A DNA stretch of 64,000 nucleotides from Patescibacteria group bacterium (GTDB lineage: Bacteria > Patescibacteriota > Microgenomatia > UBA10105 > UBA927), in the NCBI GenBank assembly GCA_023379025.1, contig JAMCTH010000009.1:213318-277317 (forward strand), in the 5' to 3' direction. Both the position numbers and the translations under genes were made by a program. How positions within the stretch are numbered: position 1 is the first letter of the stretch; every line of letters starts with the position of its first letter. The notes beneath the pieces were generated by a model. It had not been told where the DNA came from. It worked only from the letters and a program-made list of their open reading frames with translations, and made no database searches. Of the stretch, positions 34,961-45,254 are shown in pieces.

Positions 34961-36862
34961 ATGAAACCCGATGAAAAACCCGCCGTGAAGCCGAAGAAAA
35001 ACGGAAACAACGGAAAGAAGGCGGCGAAGATCTACGAACTCAAGTTTTATCTGAATCCCAAAAACATCTTCATCGGCCTGTTTATCGTGTTTCTCCTCTT
35101 TTCCATGCTTGGGAGTGTCGGAACAACGGGAACGCCGGTGCCGGCTGAACCCCTTTCTACCGTCGTCGCCGACGCCCAGGCCGGGAAGATCAGGGAGGTG
35201 GATGTCGAAGACACCAAGCTGACAGTTCACTACAAAGACGGCAAGACAGTCACATCCTATAAAGAACCTGGTGAGTCCTTCCTGACACTTCTTAGCGATG
35301 CCAAGGTCAAACCGGACTCGCTTATTGTTACTGTCAAAGACACGAGCACGAGCCAACTCTGGCTCAATATCATCTCCAATGTGCTCCCGCTCGTTCTTAT
35401 GGTTTTGTTTTTTGTCTTTATTTTCCGGCAGGCGCGGGGCGCGCAGGACAACCTCTTCTCGTTCGGCCAGAGTAAGGCGCGGGTCTGGAATAAGGATTTG
35501 CCGAAAATCACCTTTACCGATGTTGCCGGCGTTGATGAGGCGAAAAATGAACTTGAAGAAATTGTGGATTTTCTGAAATCACCGGCTAAATACAAGGCGC
35601 TCGGAGCCAGGACGCCGAAAGGGGTAATTTTGGTCGGTCCGAGCGGCACCGGCAAAACGCTCCTCGCGAAAGCCGTCGCAGGAGAGGCAAAAGTACCGTT
35701 TTTTTCAATCGCCGGAAGCGAATTCATGGAAATGCTGGTGGGTGTCGGAGCTGCACGCGTCCGCGATCTCTTCGGCCAGGCAAAAAAGAGCGCGCCTTCC
35801 ATCATCTTCATCGACGAAATAGATGCAATCGGCCGGATGAGGAGTGTCGGCATCATGGGCGGGCATGACGAACGGGAGCAGACATTGAACCAAATCCTGG
35901 TCGAGATGGACGGATTTGAGCCGAATACCGCCGTCATGGTGATTGCCGCGACCAACCGCGGGGATCTTCTTGACTCCGCCCTTCTCCGGCCCGGCCGGTT
36001 CGACCGGCGGATCGTTCTCGACCTTCCCGACATGGAGGGGAGGAAAGCAATCCTTGCCATCCATGCCAAAGGGAAGCCGTTTGCCTCAGGCGTTGACTGG
36101 GACAAGGCCGCCAAACGGACGGTCGGCTTCAGCGGCGCGGATCTCGAGAACATGCTCAACGAAGCGGCGATTCTCGCCGCGCGCGGCAACAAGAAGGAAA
36201 TCGACATGAAGGATATTGAGGAGGCGGCCACCAAGGTAAAGCTCGGTCCGGAGAAAAAGCGGCTCCAAAGCGACCAGGACCGGAAGATGACTGCCTACCA
36301 TGAGGCCGGGCATGCGGTCGTCAATTACTTCTCTCCGTCTCTTGATATGGTGCACCGCATAAGCATCGTGTCCCGCGGTATGGCATTGGGGTACACGCTG
36401 TCTCCGCCGGAGAAAGACCGGCTGCACGAAACCCGCTCGCGACTGGTCGAGGAAATGGCAATGACCATGGGAGGCCGCGCCGCCGAAGAGACGGTATTTA
36501 AGGAAATGACGAGCGGGGCCGCCAATGACATTGACCAGGCAACGAGGATTGCGCGGTTCATGGTCATGGAGTTCGGGATGAGCGATTTGGGGCCCATCAA
36601 CTTCGGGCCGCAAATGGACGTAACGGAGTGGGGGAAGTCGTATATGGAGCCCCAGCAGATTTCGCCCCAGATGCAGGACAATATAGACCGGGAAGTGAAA
36701 ACGTTTCTCGACACCGCCTACCGGAAGGCGCTTGATATCCTCAAAAAACACAGAAAGGAGCTCGACCGGGTGGCCGAGGCCCTGATGAAAAAAGAAACGC
36801 TCGAGAGCGAGGAGTTCGAGTCGATCATGGGAGGTCCGAAACAACGACTCACGTCGTCATAA
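34961..36862 (+). CDS. ftsH: ATP-dependent zinc metalloprotease FtsH
   Basis: TM helices, AAA Walker [12 protein letters not shown] region, zinc-binding HEAGHA. Confidence 0.85.
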   Translation: MKPDEKPAVKPKKNGNNGKKAAKIYELKFYLNPKNIFIGLFIVFLLFSMLGSVGTTGTPVPAEPLSTVVADAQAGKIREVDVEDTKLTVHYKDGKTVTSYKEPGESFLTLLSDAKVKPDSLIVTVKDTSTSQLWLNIISNVLPLVLMVLFFVFIFRQARGAQDNLFSFGQSKARVWNKDLPKITFTDVAGVDEAKNELEEIVDFLKSPAKYKALGARTPKGVILVGPSGTGKTLLAKAVAGEAKVPFFSIAGSEFMEMLVGVGAARVRDLFGQAKKSAPSIIFIDEIDAIGRMRSVGIMGGHDEREQTLNQILVEMDGFEPNTAVMVIAATNRGDLLDSALLRPGRFDRRIVLDLPDMEGRKAILAIHAKGKPFASGVDWDKAAKRTVGFSGADLENMLNEAAILAARGNKKEIDMKDIEEAATKVKLGPEKKRLQSDQDRKMTAYHEAGHAVVNYFSPSLDMVHRISIVSRGMALGYTLSPPEKDRLHETRSRLVEEMAMTMGGRAAEETVFKEMTSGAANDIDQATRIARFMVMEFGMSDLGPINFGPQMDVTEWGKSYMEPQQISPQMQDNIDREVKTFLDTAYRKALDILKKHRKELDRVAEALMKKETLESEEFESIMGGPKQRLTSS

Positions 36863-36950
36863 TCAAATTCTCAGATAATCCAATAATCAGATCATCAAAT
36901 TCTATCGGATCGCCGGATCATTTGTTGATTGGAGTATTGGATAATGTTCC

Positions 36951-37982
36951 ATGTCCCGACTCGTCCTTATCGACGGCAATGCAATTCTTCACCGCGCGTA
37001 TCATGCGCTCCCGCCACTCACCGCACCGGATGGCTCACCCGTCAATGCGGTCTACGGATTTACCTCCATCCTTCTGAAAATCTGGCAGGATCTGAAGCCT
37101 ACCTATATTGCCGTCGCGTTTGACCGGCCTGCACCAACGTTTAGAAAATCTTTATACAAAGAGTATCAGGCCACCCGTCCCAAAATGGACGAAGATCTGG
37201 TGGGGCAGGTCGGGAAAGTGCATGAGATGGTCCGGGCGTTCGGGATCCCCATTTATGAAAAAGACGGGTATGAGGCGGACGATGTGATCGGAACCATAGC
37301 AAAACAGGCGACAGGAAACAAGGAACAGGAGACAAGAAAGGGATCAGACAAGACTCATGTTCCGGATCACCTGCCGTCATCTATCGACGAAGTGATTATC
37401 GTGACGGGAGACCGGGATCTCATGCAGCTCATTGATGATCATACAAAACTCTATATGCCGGTGAAAGGAGTATCCGAGGCAAAACTGTTCGGCGTGAAGG
37501 AGGCGAAGGAACGCATCGGTGTTTTGCCGGAGCAAATCCCGGATTTCAAAGGGCTTGCCGGAGACGCTTCGGACAACTACCCGGGTATTGCCGGTATCGG
37601 GCCGAAAACCGCGATAGAGCTTCTTGCCGGATTCGGTTCGCTTGAGCGGTTGCTTCGTGCGGTAAAAGAACGCGATCCGAAGGTCAGAAAATTACCTGTT
37701 GGTCTTCAGGAGAAATTACAAAAAGGCATTGAAGATGCAGTCCTTTCCCACGAGCTTGCTACGGTAAAAAAGGATGTACCGCTCGATGAGTCAATACGCC
37801 TTAAGAAGATTGAAACGCTTGATACCCAGGGTGCGCGTGAAGAACTCGATAAATTTCGGTTTAAGAGTTTATTGAAGAGACTGCAGGGCGATGTGGTTCC
37901 GGGCAACAGGTCTCGGGGAGGCCTGAAACATGAGGGAAGGAAAAAAGAGAAAGGTCTTGACGGGCAGATGAGACTGGTATGA
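36951..37982 (+). CDS. 5'-3' exonuclease (Pol I N-terminal domain / flap endonuclease-like), stand-alone
   Basis: MSRLVLIDGNAILHRAYHALP..., conserved acidic clusters (TGDRDLMQL) and H3TH region (DNYPGIAGIGPKTA). Confidence 0.7.
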   Translation: MSRLVLIDGNAILHRAYHALPPLTAPDGSPVNAVYGFTSILLKIWQDLKPTYIAVAFDRPAPTFRKSLYKEYQATRPKMDEDLVGQVGKVHEMVRAFGIPIYEKDGYEADDVIGTIAKQATGNKEQETRKGSDKTHVPDHLPSSIDEVIIVTGDRDLMQLIDDHTKLYMPVKGVSEAKLFGVKEAKERIGVLPEQIPDFKGLAGDASDNYPGIAGIGPKTAIELLAGFGSLERLLRAVKERDPKVRKLPVGLQEKLQKGIEDAVLSHELATVKKDVPLDESIRLKKIETLDTQGAREELDKFRFKSLLKRLQGDVVPGNRSRGGLKHEGRKKEKGLDGQMRLV

Positions 37983-38025
37983 GTTTAAAGCTTAGCTTTG
38001 AATGTAGGTGGAGCCTTGGAATGCT

Positions 38026-39261
38026 ATGAAGATTGCACTCGTTCATGATTATCTCCGGGAGTACGGCGGGGCAGAACGGGTTGTGGAGGCTTTGCATGAA
38101 CTCTGGCCGGAGGCACCGCTTTTTACGTCGTTTGTTGACTGGCAGGCGCTTGGCCCTCATGCCGGCCGCTTCCGCGGGTGGGATATCCGGACCAGCCCGG
38201 TTGCCGATAATTGGCTCATAAAAAAATTCCATTCTCCGCTCCGATTTTTGGCGCCCAAAATCTGGCAGAGCATTGATGTCTCCGGGTTTGACGTCGTTTT
38301 GTCTTCCAGCGGGTGGTTTATGTGCAGGGGGGTAGCGTTAGGGAACCCAAAAATCAAAGATAAAAAATCAAAAATACAATTAAAATATCATAATGCCGGG
38401 AAGGGTAACCAAATACACATCTGTTATATTCATCATCCCCCCCGCAATCTCTATGGGTACGCAACCGGAAGCACGCTGCAGAAATACTGGCCGGTACGGG
38501 TATATGCCGCAGTCATCAATTTTTTCCTCCGCCACTACGATTTTGAAACGGCGCAGCATGTGGATTATTTCATCGCAAACTCCAAAGAGACGGCCCGCCG
38601 CGTCATGAAATTTTACCGGCGGGAAAGCACCGTGATATACCCCCCGATTGAAATAAATCCCAAATATCAAATCCCAATGACCAGGCAAGTTCAACTTTCA
38701 AAATCAAAAATTGAAGGGAAGGAATACTGTCTGTCTGTCGGGAGGCTGACGTATTCAAAGAGGGTGGATTTAGCAATAGAGGCTGCAAACCGGTTGAACC
38801 TTCCCCTGAAAATTGTCGGGACGGGAAGCGAGGAAGCATGCCTCAAATCAATGGCGGGACCGACCGTTGAGTTTTTAGGATCAGTCTCCGATGAGGAGCT
38901 CGACAGTCTATACGAAAGAGCCAAGGCGCTCATCTTTTGCGCGCTGGATGAAGATTTCGGTATGGTACCGGTTGAGGCGATGGCGCACGGCGTTCCCGTC
39001 ATCGGGCTGGCACAGGGCGGCGTACTCGAAACGGTTCTTGACGGCAGGACCGGAGTTCTTTTTAAAGAGCCGACGGTTATGAGCCTGATTTCTGCCATTA
39101 AACGATTGGAGAAGGAGATGGGGAGAGGGGAGGATGGGGAGAGGGGAGGATGGGGAGAGGCGTGCCGCAGGCAGGCGGCAGTATTTCATGAAGATAGATT
39201 TAAGAAAGATATGCAAAGATTTATCGGTGAAAAATTGAGTAGGTTTATGAGCCGCACTTGA
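38026..39261 (+). CDS. glycosyltransferase family 4 (GT-B, GT1-domain) protein
   Basis: MKIALVHDYLREYGGAERV N-terminus and C-terminal EDFGMVPVEAMAHGVPVI motif; contains AT-rich in-frame stretches and a tandem repeat near the C-terminus. Confidence 0.65.
   Translation: MKIALVHDYLREYGGAERVVEALHELWPEAPLFTSFVDWQALGPHAGRFRGWDIRTSPVADNWLIKKFHSPLRFLAPKIWQSIDVSGFDVVLSSSGWFMCRGVALGNPKIKDKKSKIQLKYHNAGKGNQIHICYIHHPPRNLYGYATGSTLQKYWPVRVYAAVINFFLRHYDFETAQHVDYFIANSKETARRVMKFYRRESTVIYPPIEINPKYQIPMTRQVQLSKSKIEGKEYCLSVGRLTYSKRVDLAIEAANRLNLPLKIVGTGSEEACLKSMAGPTVEFLGSVSDEELDSLYERAKALIFCALDEDFGMVPVEAMAHGVPVIGLAQGGVLETVLDGRTGVLFKEPTVMSLISAIKRLEKEMGRGEDGERGGWGEACRRQAAVFHEDRFKKDMQRFIGEKLSRFMSRT
39117..39160 (+). 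repeat. tandem repeat, 16-bp unit GATGGGGAGAGGGGAG x ~2.75, in-frame inside the GT4 gene
   Basis: Seen directly; encodes MGRGEDGERGGWGE. Confidence 0.4.
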
Positions 39262-39304
39262 TACCAGCGCGTACGATTGATACAATGCGCTTTATCCCGG
39301 AACT

Positions 39305-39535
39305 ATGGCAGTACGTGAATTGGATGAATCGGAGACAGCGATAGACGGAATGATGAGTGAGCTTCGTGCTGCCTGGCAAGCGATCGGTGACCCGACTGTC
39401 CCAGGTGCATTTCTAGAGCTTGATTTACTAGAACAGAGCGTCAGTTTGGCGTTGCAAAAGTTGGGTTATTCGCCTCAACTGGCAAGAGCGGAAATGGAAC
39501 GCTTAGCGTATTACCACGAGATGGTCGGAGAATAA
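39305..39535 (+). CDS. hypothetical small protein
   Basis: 76-aa ORF without recognisable motifs. Confidence 0.3.
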   Translation: MAVRELDESETAIDGMMSELRAAWQAIGDPTVPGAFLELDLLEQSVSLALQKLGYSPQLARAEMERLAYYHEMVGE

Positions 39536-39616
39536 TTCCTTCTTTTTTTGCTATTTTCCGGGTTGCGTGATATTTATGGAGTTTTCCCATGGTTTGTGGG
39601 ACGATGGAAGGAGAGT

Positions 39617-40543
39617 ATGACAGAGCTACTATTAGATGTCAGGCAATTGACGAAACGGTTCGGTTCCCCGGCGGCGGGTTTTCTGGCCGTGGATAATATC
39701 TCCTTCGGGGTTCGTGAGGGGGAGATTGTGGGGCTTCTCGGTCCGAACGGTGCCGGCAAATCAACAACCATCTTTATGCTTCTCGATCTTATATCCCCGA
39801 CATCCGGGGAGATACGGATTTTCGGCGGTGACTACCGCCATAACCGAGATGCGATCCTCCAAAAACTTAACTATTCCTCGACCTACGTCGAAATGGCGCC
39901 GCGGCTGAGCGTTTACGAAAACCTCCTTGTGATGGCGCGCCTTTATCAGGTGCCGGACGAGAAAAAAGAAATCAGTACGTATGTCGATAAATTCGGGGTT
40001 CGGGAATTTCTCGGTGCGCAGTTTCATACGCTTTCGGCCGGCCAGAAGACGAGGGTTGTGCTTTGCAAGGCGTTTCTGAACCATCCCGCACTTCTTCTTC
40101 TCGATGAGCCGACAGCAAGCCTCGACCCGGATGTGGCGCTTCTCGTCCGGCAGGAGATACTCGAGTCGAGAACACGCGGCATGACAGTCCTCATCACCTC
40201 CCACAACATGGCGGAAGTTGAAGAGGTTTGTGATCGGGTGCTGTTTATCAATCATGGAAAGATCGTGTCCGAGGATACGCCGGTTGAACTCGCCCGGAAA
40301 GTCCGTCACATCCGGGTACAGCTCATGATGAAAGACGGACAAAAAAGGACGGTCGCATTCGCCAAAAAAGCGGGGTTTCCGGTAGAGGAAAAAGACCGCT
40401 TCGTGACGATTGAAGTCGACGAAGGGGATATCGCTTATCTTCTGGCAAGTCTTGCCGATCAGGGGGTAGAGTACCGGCAGATCTCGATCGACAAGCCGAC
40501 GCTTGAGGATTATTTCATCAAAATGCTGGGAGGCGGCGTATGA
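39617..40543 (+). CDS. ABC transporter ATP-binding protein
   Basis: Walker A GPNGAGKST, signature LSAGQKTRV, Walker B LLLLDEPT; start trimmed to the ATG after RBS GGAAGGAG. Confidence 0.75.
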   Translation: MTELLLDVRQLTKRFGSPAAGFLAVDNISFGVREGEIVGLLGPNGAGKSTTIFMLLDLISPTSGEIRIFGGDYRHNRDAILQKLNYSSTYVEMAPRLSVYENLLVMARLYQVPDEKKEISTYVDKFGVREFLGAQFHTLSAGQKTRVVLCKAFLNHPALLLLDEPTASLDPDVALLVRQEILESRTRGMTVLITSHNMAEVEEVCDRVLFINHGKIVSEDTPVELARKVRHIRVQLMMKDGQKRTVAFAKKAGFPVEEKDRFVTIEVDEGDIAYLLASLADQGVEYRQISIDKPTLEDYFIKMLGGGV

Positions 40544-41328
40544 ACTGGCACAGGGTCGGCGCCATGGTGCTTAAAAATCAGTACGCGTTCCGCAGGGATG
40601 TGTTTAGGATTTTTGATATTTTCTGGTGGCCGGCGTTTCAGCTGTTTATCTGGGGACTCTTCAGCACCTATCTGGCCTCGGCATCGGCAAACCGGGTGAA
40701 CCTCGTGACGGTGCTTCTCGGAGGCATCATCATCTGGACGTTTTTTGACCGCGCAAGCAAGGACATCTCGCTTGCCCTGATAGATGAGCTGTGGAACAAA
40801 AACTTTATCAACCTTTTCTCCTCGCCGCTTACGGTGTCTGAGTACCTTATGGGGGTCGTCCTTATATCGCTTCTCAAGCTTTTCATAAGTGCCGCGTTTA
40901 TGTTTCTTATAGCCGGTGCGTTTTATTCCGTGCATATCACGACATTCGGATGGTATTTTGTACCCGCTGCCGTGGGGCTTACCCTCATGGGGTGGACGAT
41001 GAGCCTCATTGTCCAGGCGTGCATCATGCGGTGGGGCCATACGGTCGAGGTGTTTATCTGGGCAATCGCGACCCTCGTTCAACCGTTTTCCTGCGTCTTT
41101 TACCCGCTGCGGGCGCTTCCCGAATGGGCGCAGACCCTGGCGAGAGCGCTTCCCACGACATACCTTTTTGAAAACATGCGCAGTAACATGATGGGGCAGG
41201 GCATCATCCTGAGTCAGTTGGGGCTTTCCTTCGGGCTTAATATCCTGTATTTTTTGGTTGCACTCTGGTTTTTTTACCGGACGTTTGCCTATGCCAAAGC
41301 GCAGGGATTGATTATTAAGAACTACTAA
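40540..41328 (+). CDS. ABC-2 type transporter permease
   Basis: Six predicted TM segments; start overlaps upstream stop. Confidence 0.6.
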   Translation: MNWHRVGAMVLKNQYAFRRDVFRIFDIFWWPAFQLFIWGLFSTYLASASANRVNLVTVLLGGIIIWTFFDRASKDISLALIDELWNKNFINLFSSPLTVSEYLMGVVLISLLKLFISAAFMFLIAGAFYSVHITTFGWYFVPAAVGLTLMGWTMSLIVQACIMRWGHTVEVFIWAIATLVQPFSCVFYPLRALPEWAQTLARALPTTYLFENMRSNMMGQGIILSQLGLSFGLNILYFLVALWFFYRTFAYAKAQGLIIKNY

Positions 41329-41329
41329 T

Positions 41330-42265
41330 ATGGAGCCGATTTTGACCGTGTCACACCTCAGCAAGCGATTCGGATCTCCGACGCACGGATTTGTCGCGGT
41401 TGACGATGTCTCCTTTACCCTTCGGGAAGGGGAGATACTGGGTCTTCTCGGCCCGAACGGCGCCGGGAAAACCACGACGATCACTATGTTGCTTGGCCTC
41501 ATCCTTCCGACCGCGGGGGATATATCTTACTTCGGCAAACCGTTTGGAAGCCACCGTCAGGCATCTCTTGCGCGGATCAACTTTGCTTCCTCTTATGCAC
41601 AGGTGCAGTCCAAGGTGACCGTCCGGCAAAATCTCCTGATTTATGCCGGACTCTACGCGGTGAGGGACACATCCAGGAGGATTGCGGAACTCCTCCGGCT
41701 TCTGGAAGTCGAAGATACGGCGGACCAGCTGTTTTGGAAACTGTCCTCCGGCCAGAAAACGCGCGTGATTCTTGCCAAGGCACTCATCAACCGGCCGCGG
41801 CTTATTCTTCTGGATGAGCCGACCTCAAGCCTGGACCCGGATATTGCCGCAAAAGTCATCGACATCATTAAAACCCTTCAGAAGAAAGAGGGGGTTGCGA
41901 TCCTCTACACAAGCCACAATATGAGGGAAGTAGAGGAAGTCTGTGACCGGGTGATGATCATGAGTCACGGAAAAATTGTTGCTGAGGATACCCCGCTCGA
42001 GCTCACAAAGAAAATCGGGAACGCGCGGGTGACGGTGACGTTTGACGGGCCGAGCGAAAAGGTGTTTTCGTATCTTAATGCCAAACAGTACCGTCACCGG
42101 TTTCCCCGCGGGCAGGTTGTGGCGGTGGATCTTCCGGGTAAGGCGATCCCGAAGCTCCTGTTCGGGCTGGCCAATGAGGGGGTCTGGCTTACCGACATCG
42201 ATATCGAAAAACCCGGACTTGAGGAAGTGTTTCTTTCCATCACAAAAGGATCTTATGAGCGCTAA
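41330..42265 (+). CDS. ABC transporter ATP-binding protein (paralogue of 39617-40543)
   Basis: Walker A GPNGAGKTT, signature LSSGQKTRV, Walker B LILLDEPT. Confidence 0.75.
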   Translation: MEPILTVSHLSKRFGSPTHGFVAVDDVSFTLREGEILGLLGPNGAGKTTTITMLLGLILPTAGDISYFGKPFGSHRQASLARINFASSYAQVQSKVTVRQNLLIYAGLYAVRDTSRRIAELLRLLEVEDTADQLFWKLSSGQKTRVILAKALINRPRLILLDEPTSSLDPDIAAKVIDIIKTLQKKEGVAILYTSHNMREVEEVCDRVMIMSHGKIVAEDTPLELTKKIGNARVTVTFDGPSEKVFSYLNAKQYRHRFPRGQVVAVDLPGKAIPKLLFGLANEGVWLTDIDIEKPGLEEVFLSITKGSYER

Positions 42266-43043
42266 TCGGATTGTTTATATCCTCCTCCATACCTGGTACC
42301 ACTTCATCCACAGTATGGAAACGTGGGTCGACATCTTCTGGAATACGACGGTCAACCTTCTTATTTTTATCTTTATCGCAAAGCTCATCGCGGGAGGGAG
42401 CGCAGTCGGCGTAGAGGGGGCGGGACTTATCCTGGGCATGGTGTTCTGGAACGCCGTGTGGGTCGGGCAATACAATGTGACCATCGGCGCTCTCTGGGAG
42501 ATGTGGTCCAAAAGCTTCAATACGCTTTTTATTACCCCGCTCACCATGGAGGAATTTATCGTGGGACAGATGATATCCGGCGCTCTTAAGTCAATAATAG
42601 CAGTCGTTATTTCGGCGCTCGTTGCATACTGGCTGACCGGACTTTCCGTCATTACTCTCGGGTGGATGCTCCCGGTCTATGTGTTTGAACTGCTGGCTTT
42701 TTCCTGGGGGATAGGCCTTATGGTACTGGCCCTCATCATGCGGCTCGGAACGGATGCAGCTTCGCTTTCCTGGTCTCTCGTGTTTCTCGTACAGCCGTTC
42801 GGCGGAGTATTTTATGCGGTGACGGTGCTGCCGGATGCATTGCAGAAAATTGCCGCGCTGTTTCCGAGTACGTATATTTTTGCCGCGATTCGCGCCCAGT
42901 ACCTTGATGGCGTCTTAGAGACGGGAAATACCTGGAGAGCACTTGGACTGGATGCCGTATGGATTCTGCTCGGGTATATTGCCCTCCGGCTGGCCCTGCG
43001 GCAGACGCTCACAAGCGGCGCGTTTGCCAGGCTCAGTGAATAA
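42255..43043 (+). CDS. ABC-2 type transporter permease (paralogue)
   Basis: Polytopic membrane protein; the track ORF starts earlier at 42042, trimmed to the ATG that overlaps the upstream stop. Confidence 0.55.
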   Translation: MSANRIVYILLHTWYHFIHSMETWVDIFWNTTVNLLIFIFIAKLIAGGSAVGVEGAGLILGMVFWNAVWVGQYNVTIGALWEMWSKSFNTLFITPLTMEEFIVGQMISGALKSIIAVVISALVAYWLTGLSVITLGWMLPVYVFELLAFSWGIGLMVLALIMRLGTDAASLSWSLVFLVQPFGGVFYAVTVLPDALQKIAALFPSTYIFAAIRAQYLDGVLETGNTWRALGLDAVWILLGYIALRLALRQTLTSGAFARLSE

Positions 43044-45222
43044 CTGAAGCACCTCTCATTTGTCTCGCCTGTACAACCAAAAGCTTACCGTCCGTTGTGA
43101 TGATGAGTTCCACATCCTGAAATTGCTGAAAGATCCGTTCTATTTGCTGAACCGTTTCAATAATATCCAAAATAGAGTCGGCAGGAACATCTGGCGGATT
43201 TCCGGTGACTATTATGTCCTTTTGTTGAACTGTACCTGATCGTGGGTATTTGATTTGTATTTTATCCGTTGCTGTAGCGGAAACCAGCGATTCGGGTGTA
43301 CCTTCAGTCAGTTCTATAAGAAATTCATCTTGACTTGTAAAAATGACTGCCCCTATTGACGCATCTGATACATACTGTTGGACTATCACTCCCAAATCCA
43401 TTTGTGAAGGGTTATGTCCGAGATGACGGAGTGTCCGGATGCTTTCCGGTTTGAAGTAGCTTGTGAGTGTCTTGCGGATTGCTTCGATAACGGACTGTTC
43501 GGGAATATCGACCACCGAGTCGTAGAGTCCTGCTAAGGAATAAGGCCCGTCTTCCGGTCCGGAGGAACGTACGGCAAACCGAGTATAGGGATGGTTATCG
43601 AGCGCTATACGCAGCTGTTCAATAAAAGCGGGCGGAACCGGAGCGTGAGTAATTTTTTCCTGTATTTGTCGTGTCAGGCGATTTATCTGGCGATCTCTGT
43701 CAGGGTTTACGACATCAAGCTGATGAATAAGCGCGTCTAGCCCAATGTCATGGAGGAGATTGCGTATAGCTTCACTGGTGAGGGCAAATCCTGGCGGTAC
43801 CGGAATGTTATAATACAGCAATTCTGCCAGAGCAGCAGCTTTTCCCCCAGCTTCCCTGTTTCTCAAAAGATTATAATCCGTAAGGTCAATAATTGCCCGT
43901 TTGTATGGATCAAGAAATTCAATAATAGGATCGCCATGTTCTGATAGGGATATGTTTACGCGCTCGCCATCCCAATATGACCGATCTCCAACGTGAATGA
44001 CATTGTGATGACTGTCTATGAGCGCTCTAGCCGGGTGCGATGTTTCAGCGGAGCCGTAGAGGAGCGCAGTAACCCGTTCAATCCCCGGAATCGTCGCAAC
44101 CCTGTGAAAAAGGTCAGAAGCACGGTTTCGGAAGGCACCGGGACCAAAATAGACAATCGGATGCGATCCTGTGATTTTTTGCAGATCATCCTCCGTTTCG
44201 ATGCGTACGATCGTACCGGTTATCGCTTCACCGGGAACAATGTGCAGGAGGCGATCCTGATCAGGAGCGTATGGAGCAATTTCCCTGATATAAACACCAT
44301 CTTCCTGAACGATAAATTCCAATCGTGAATTTGGGCGGGTTGCAAACACCTTAGCTGCCTGGTCTGCAAGATCCAGGAGCTCTCTATCCGTGAGTGCGGG
44401 CTCCAGCTGAAATTCCTTGGGAACAGTGTACGGCCAGTATTCGTTTCCAATGCCGGGAATGAGAGTGCGATATTTGAGCGCGATTTCCATAGCAGTTCGG
44501 GAGTTACGCTCAGTGTCATAATATATCGTATCGGTTGGACAACTTTGGACCGCTTCATCGGCTCCGAACGTGGCGACTATTTTAATCAGGCCCGGTCTAC
44601 CGGGTACCGGAGTGGGTACGATATATCCTCCGGTCCACGGAAGCTTTTCTTTTTCCGGAACCGGTATCCGTCCATAATAATCGCGTCGATCCATGACATT
44701 GATAAACGGATGGAGGATGAGCGCGATATCACATCCTTCTTGGTCGTACCCGTTTGCTCCGGCATAGTCCCAGATTTCCAAAACCTGTCGTACATACTCA
44801 TCCTTTTCATAAATTGCCGCGCTTCTGGGGCCTTTCGGGTTATCCACACCCGGGACATAGACGGCACGGCCGACGTAGGCACCCCGTGTGGGATTAGCTT
44901 TGCGGATTACATCAAAGACATCACCGATTTCTATTGCAAGTTCATCGGTGAGCCCGTGATCACGGTATTCGACGAACGCTTCATGACCGAGAACAAACAT
45001 GGGATCCGGCGAGCGTAGACCGAGCTTGGTCATTTCTTGATATCCCTGAAGTTTGGAGGAGGGACTTTCATAGTTATCGAGGCTAAAAACGAACTGCGAC
45101 ACACCGTCGTCTTGCTTAAATTCGATACCTGGCATAGGAAGATAAGTTCGAGGCAGGAATCGGGCGAAGTATAGCAGAGAGGGGGAGGGAAGTAAAACCA
45201 AGACAGCCTGATTCGGTATCAT
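43033..45222 (-). CDS. protein with C-terminal PEP-utilising-enzyme N-terminal (PPDK_N, ATP-grasp-type nucleotide-binding) domain and ~400-aa N-terminal domain of unknown function
   Basis: C-terminal half carries GGKAAALAELL...PVPPGFALT...FAVRSSGPEDGPYSLAGLYDS typical of PEP synthase / pyruvate phosphate dikinase N-domains; no phosphohistidine swivel or PEP-binding domain follows; low GC. Confidence 0.5.
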   Translation of the reverse strand: MIPNQAVLVLLPSPSLLYFARFLPRTYLPMPGIEFKQDDGVSQFVFSLDNYESPSSKLQGYQEMTKLGLRSPDPMFVLGHEAFVEYRDHGLTDELAIEIGDVFDVIRKANPTRGAYVGRAVYVPGVDNPKGPRSAAIYEKDEYVRQVLEIWDYAGANGYDQEGCDIALILHPFINVMDRRDYYGRIPVPEKEKLPWTGGYIVPTPVPGRPGLIKIVATFGADEAVQSCPTDTIYYDTERNSRTAMEIALKYRTLIPGIGNEYWPYTVPKEFQLEPALTDRELLDLADQAAKVFATRPNSRLEFIVQEDGVYIREIAPYAPDQDRLLHIVPGEAITGTIVRIETEDDLQKITGSHPIVYFGPGAFRNRASDLFHRVATIPGIERVTALLYGSAETSHPARALIDSHHNVIHVGDRSYWDGERVNISLSEHGDPIIEFLDPYKRAIIDLTDYNLLRNREAGGKAAALAELLYYNIPVPPGFALTSEAIRNLLHDIGLDALIHQLDVVNPDRDRQINRLTRQIQEKITHAPVPPAFIEQLRIALDNHPYTRFAVRSSGPEDGPYSLAGLYDSVVDIPEQSVIEAIRKTLTSYFKPESIRTLRHLGHNPSQMDLGVIVQQYVSDASIGAVIFTSQDEFLIELTEGTPESLVSATATDKIQIKYPRSGTVQQKDIIVTGNPPDVPADSILDIIETVQQIERIFQQFQDVELIITTDGKLLVVQARQMRGASVIH

Positions 45223-45254
45223 TTAGGTAATTTCATAATGATAGAATACTAATT

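Noticed and set aside
35257-36234. 325-aa minus-strand ORF
   Set aside because: Antisense to ftsH (AAA and HEAGHA motifs on the plus strand).
40510-41502. 330-aa minus-strand ORF
   Set aside because: Antisense to the ABC-2 permease and second ABC ATPase; no motifs.
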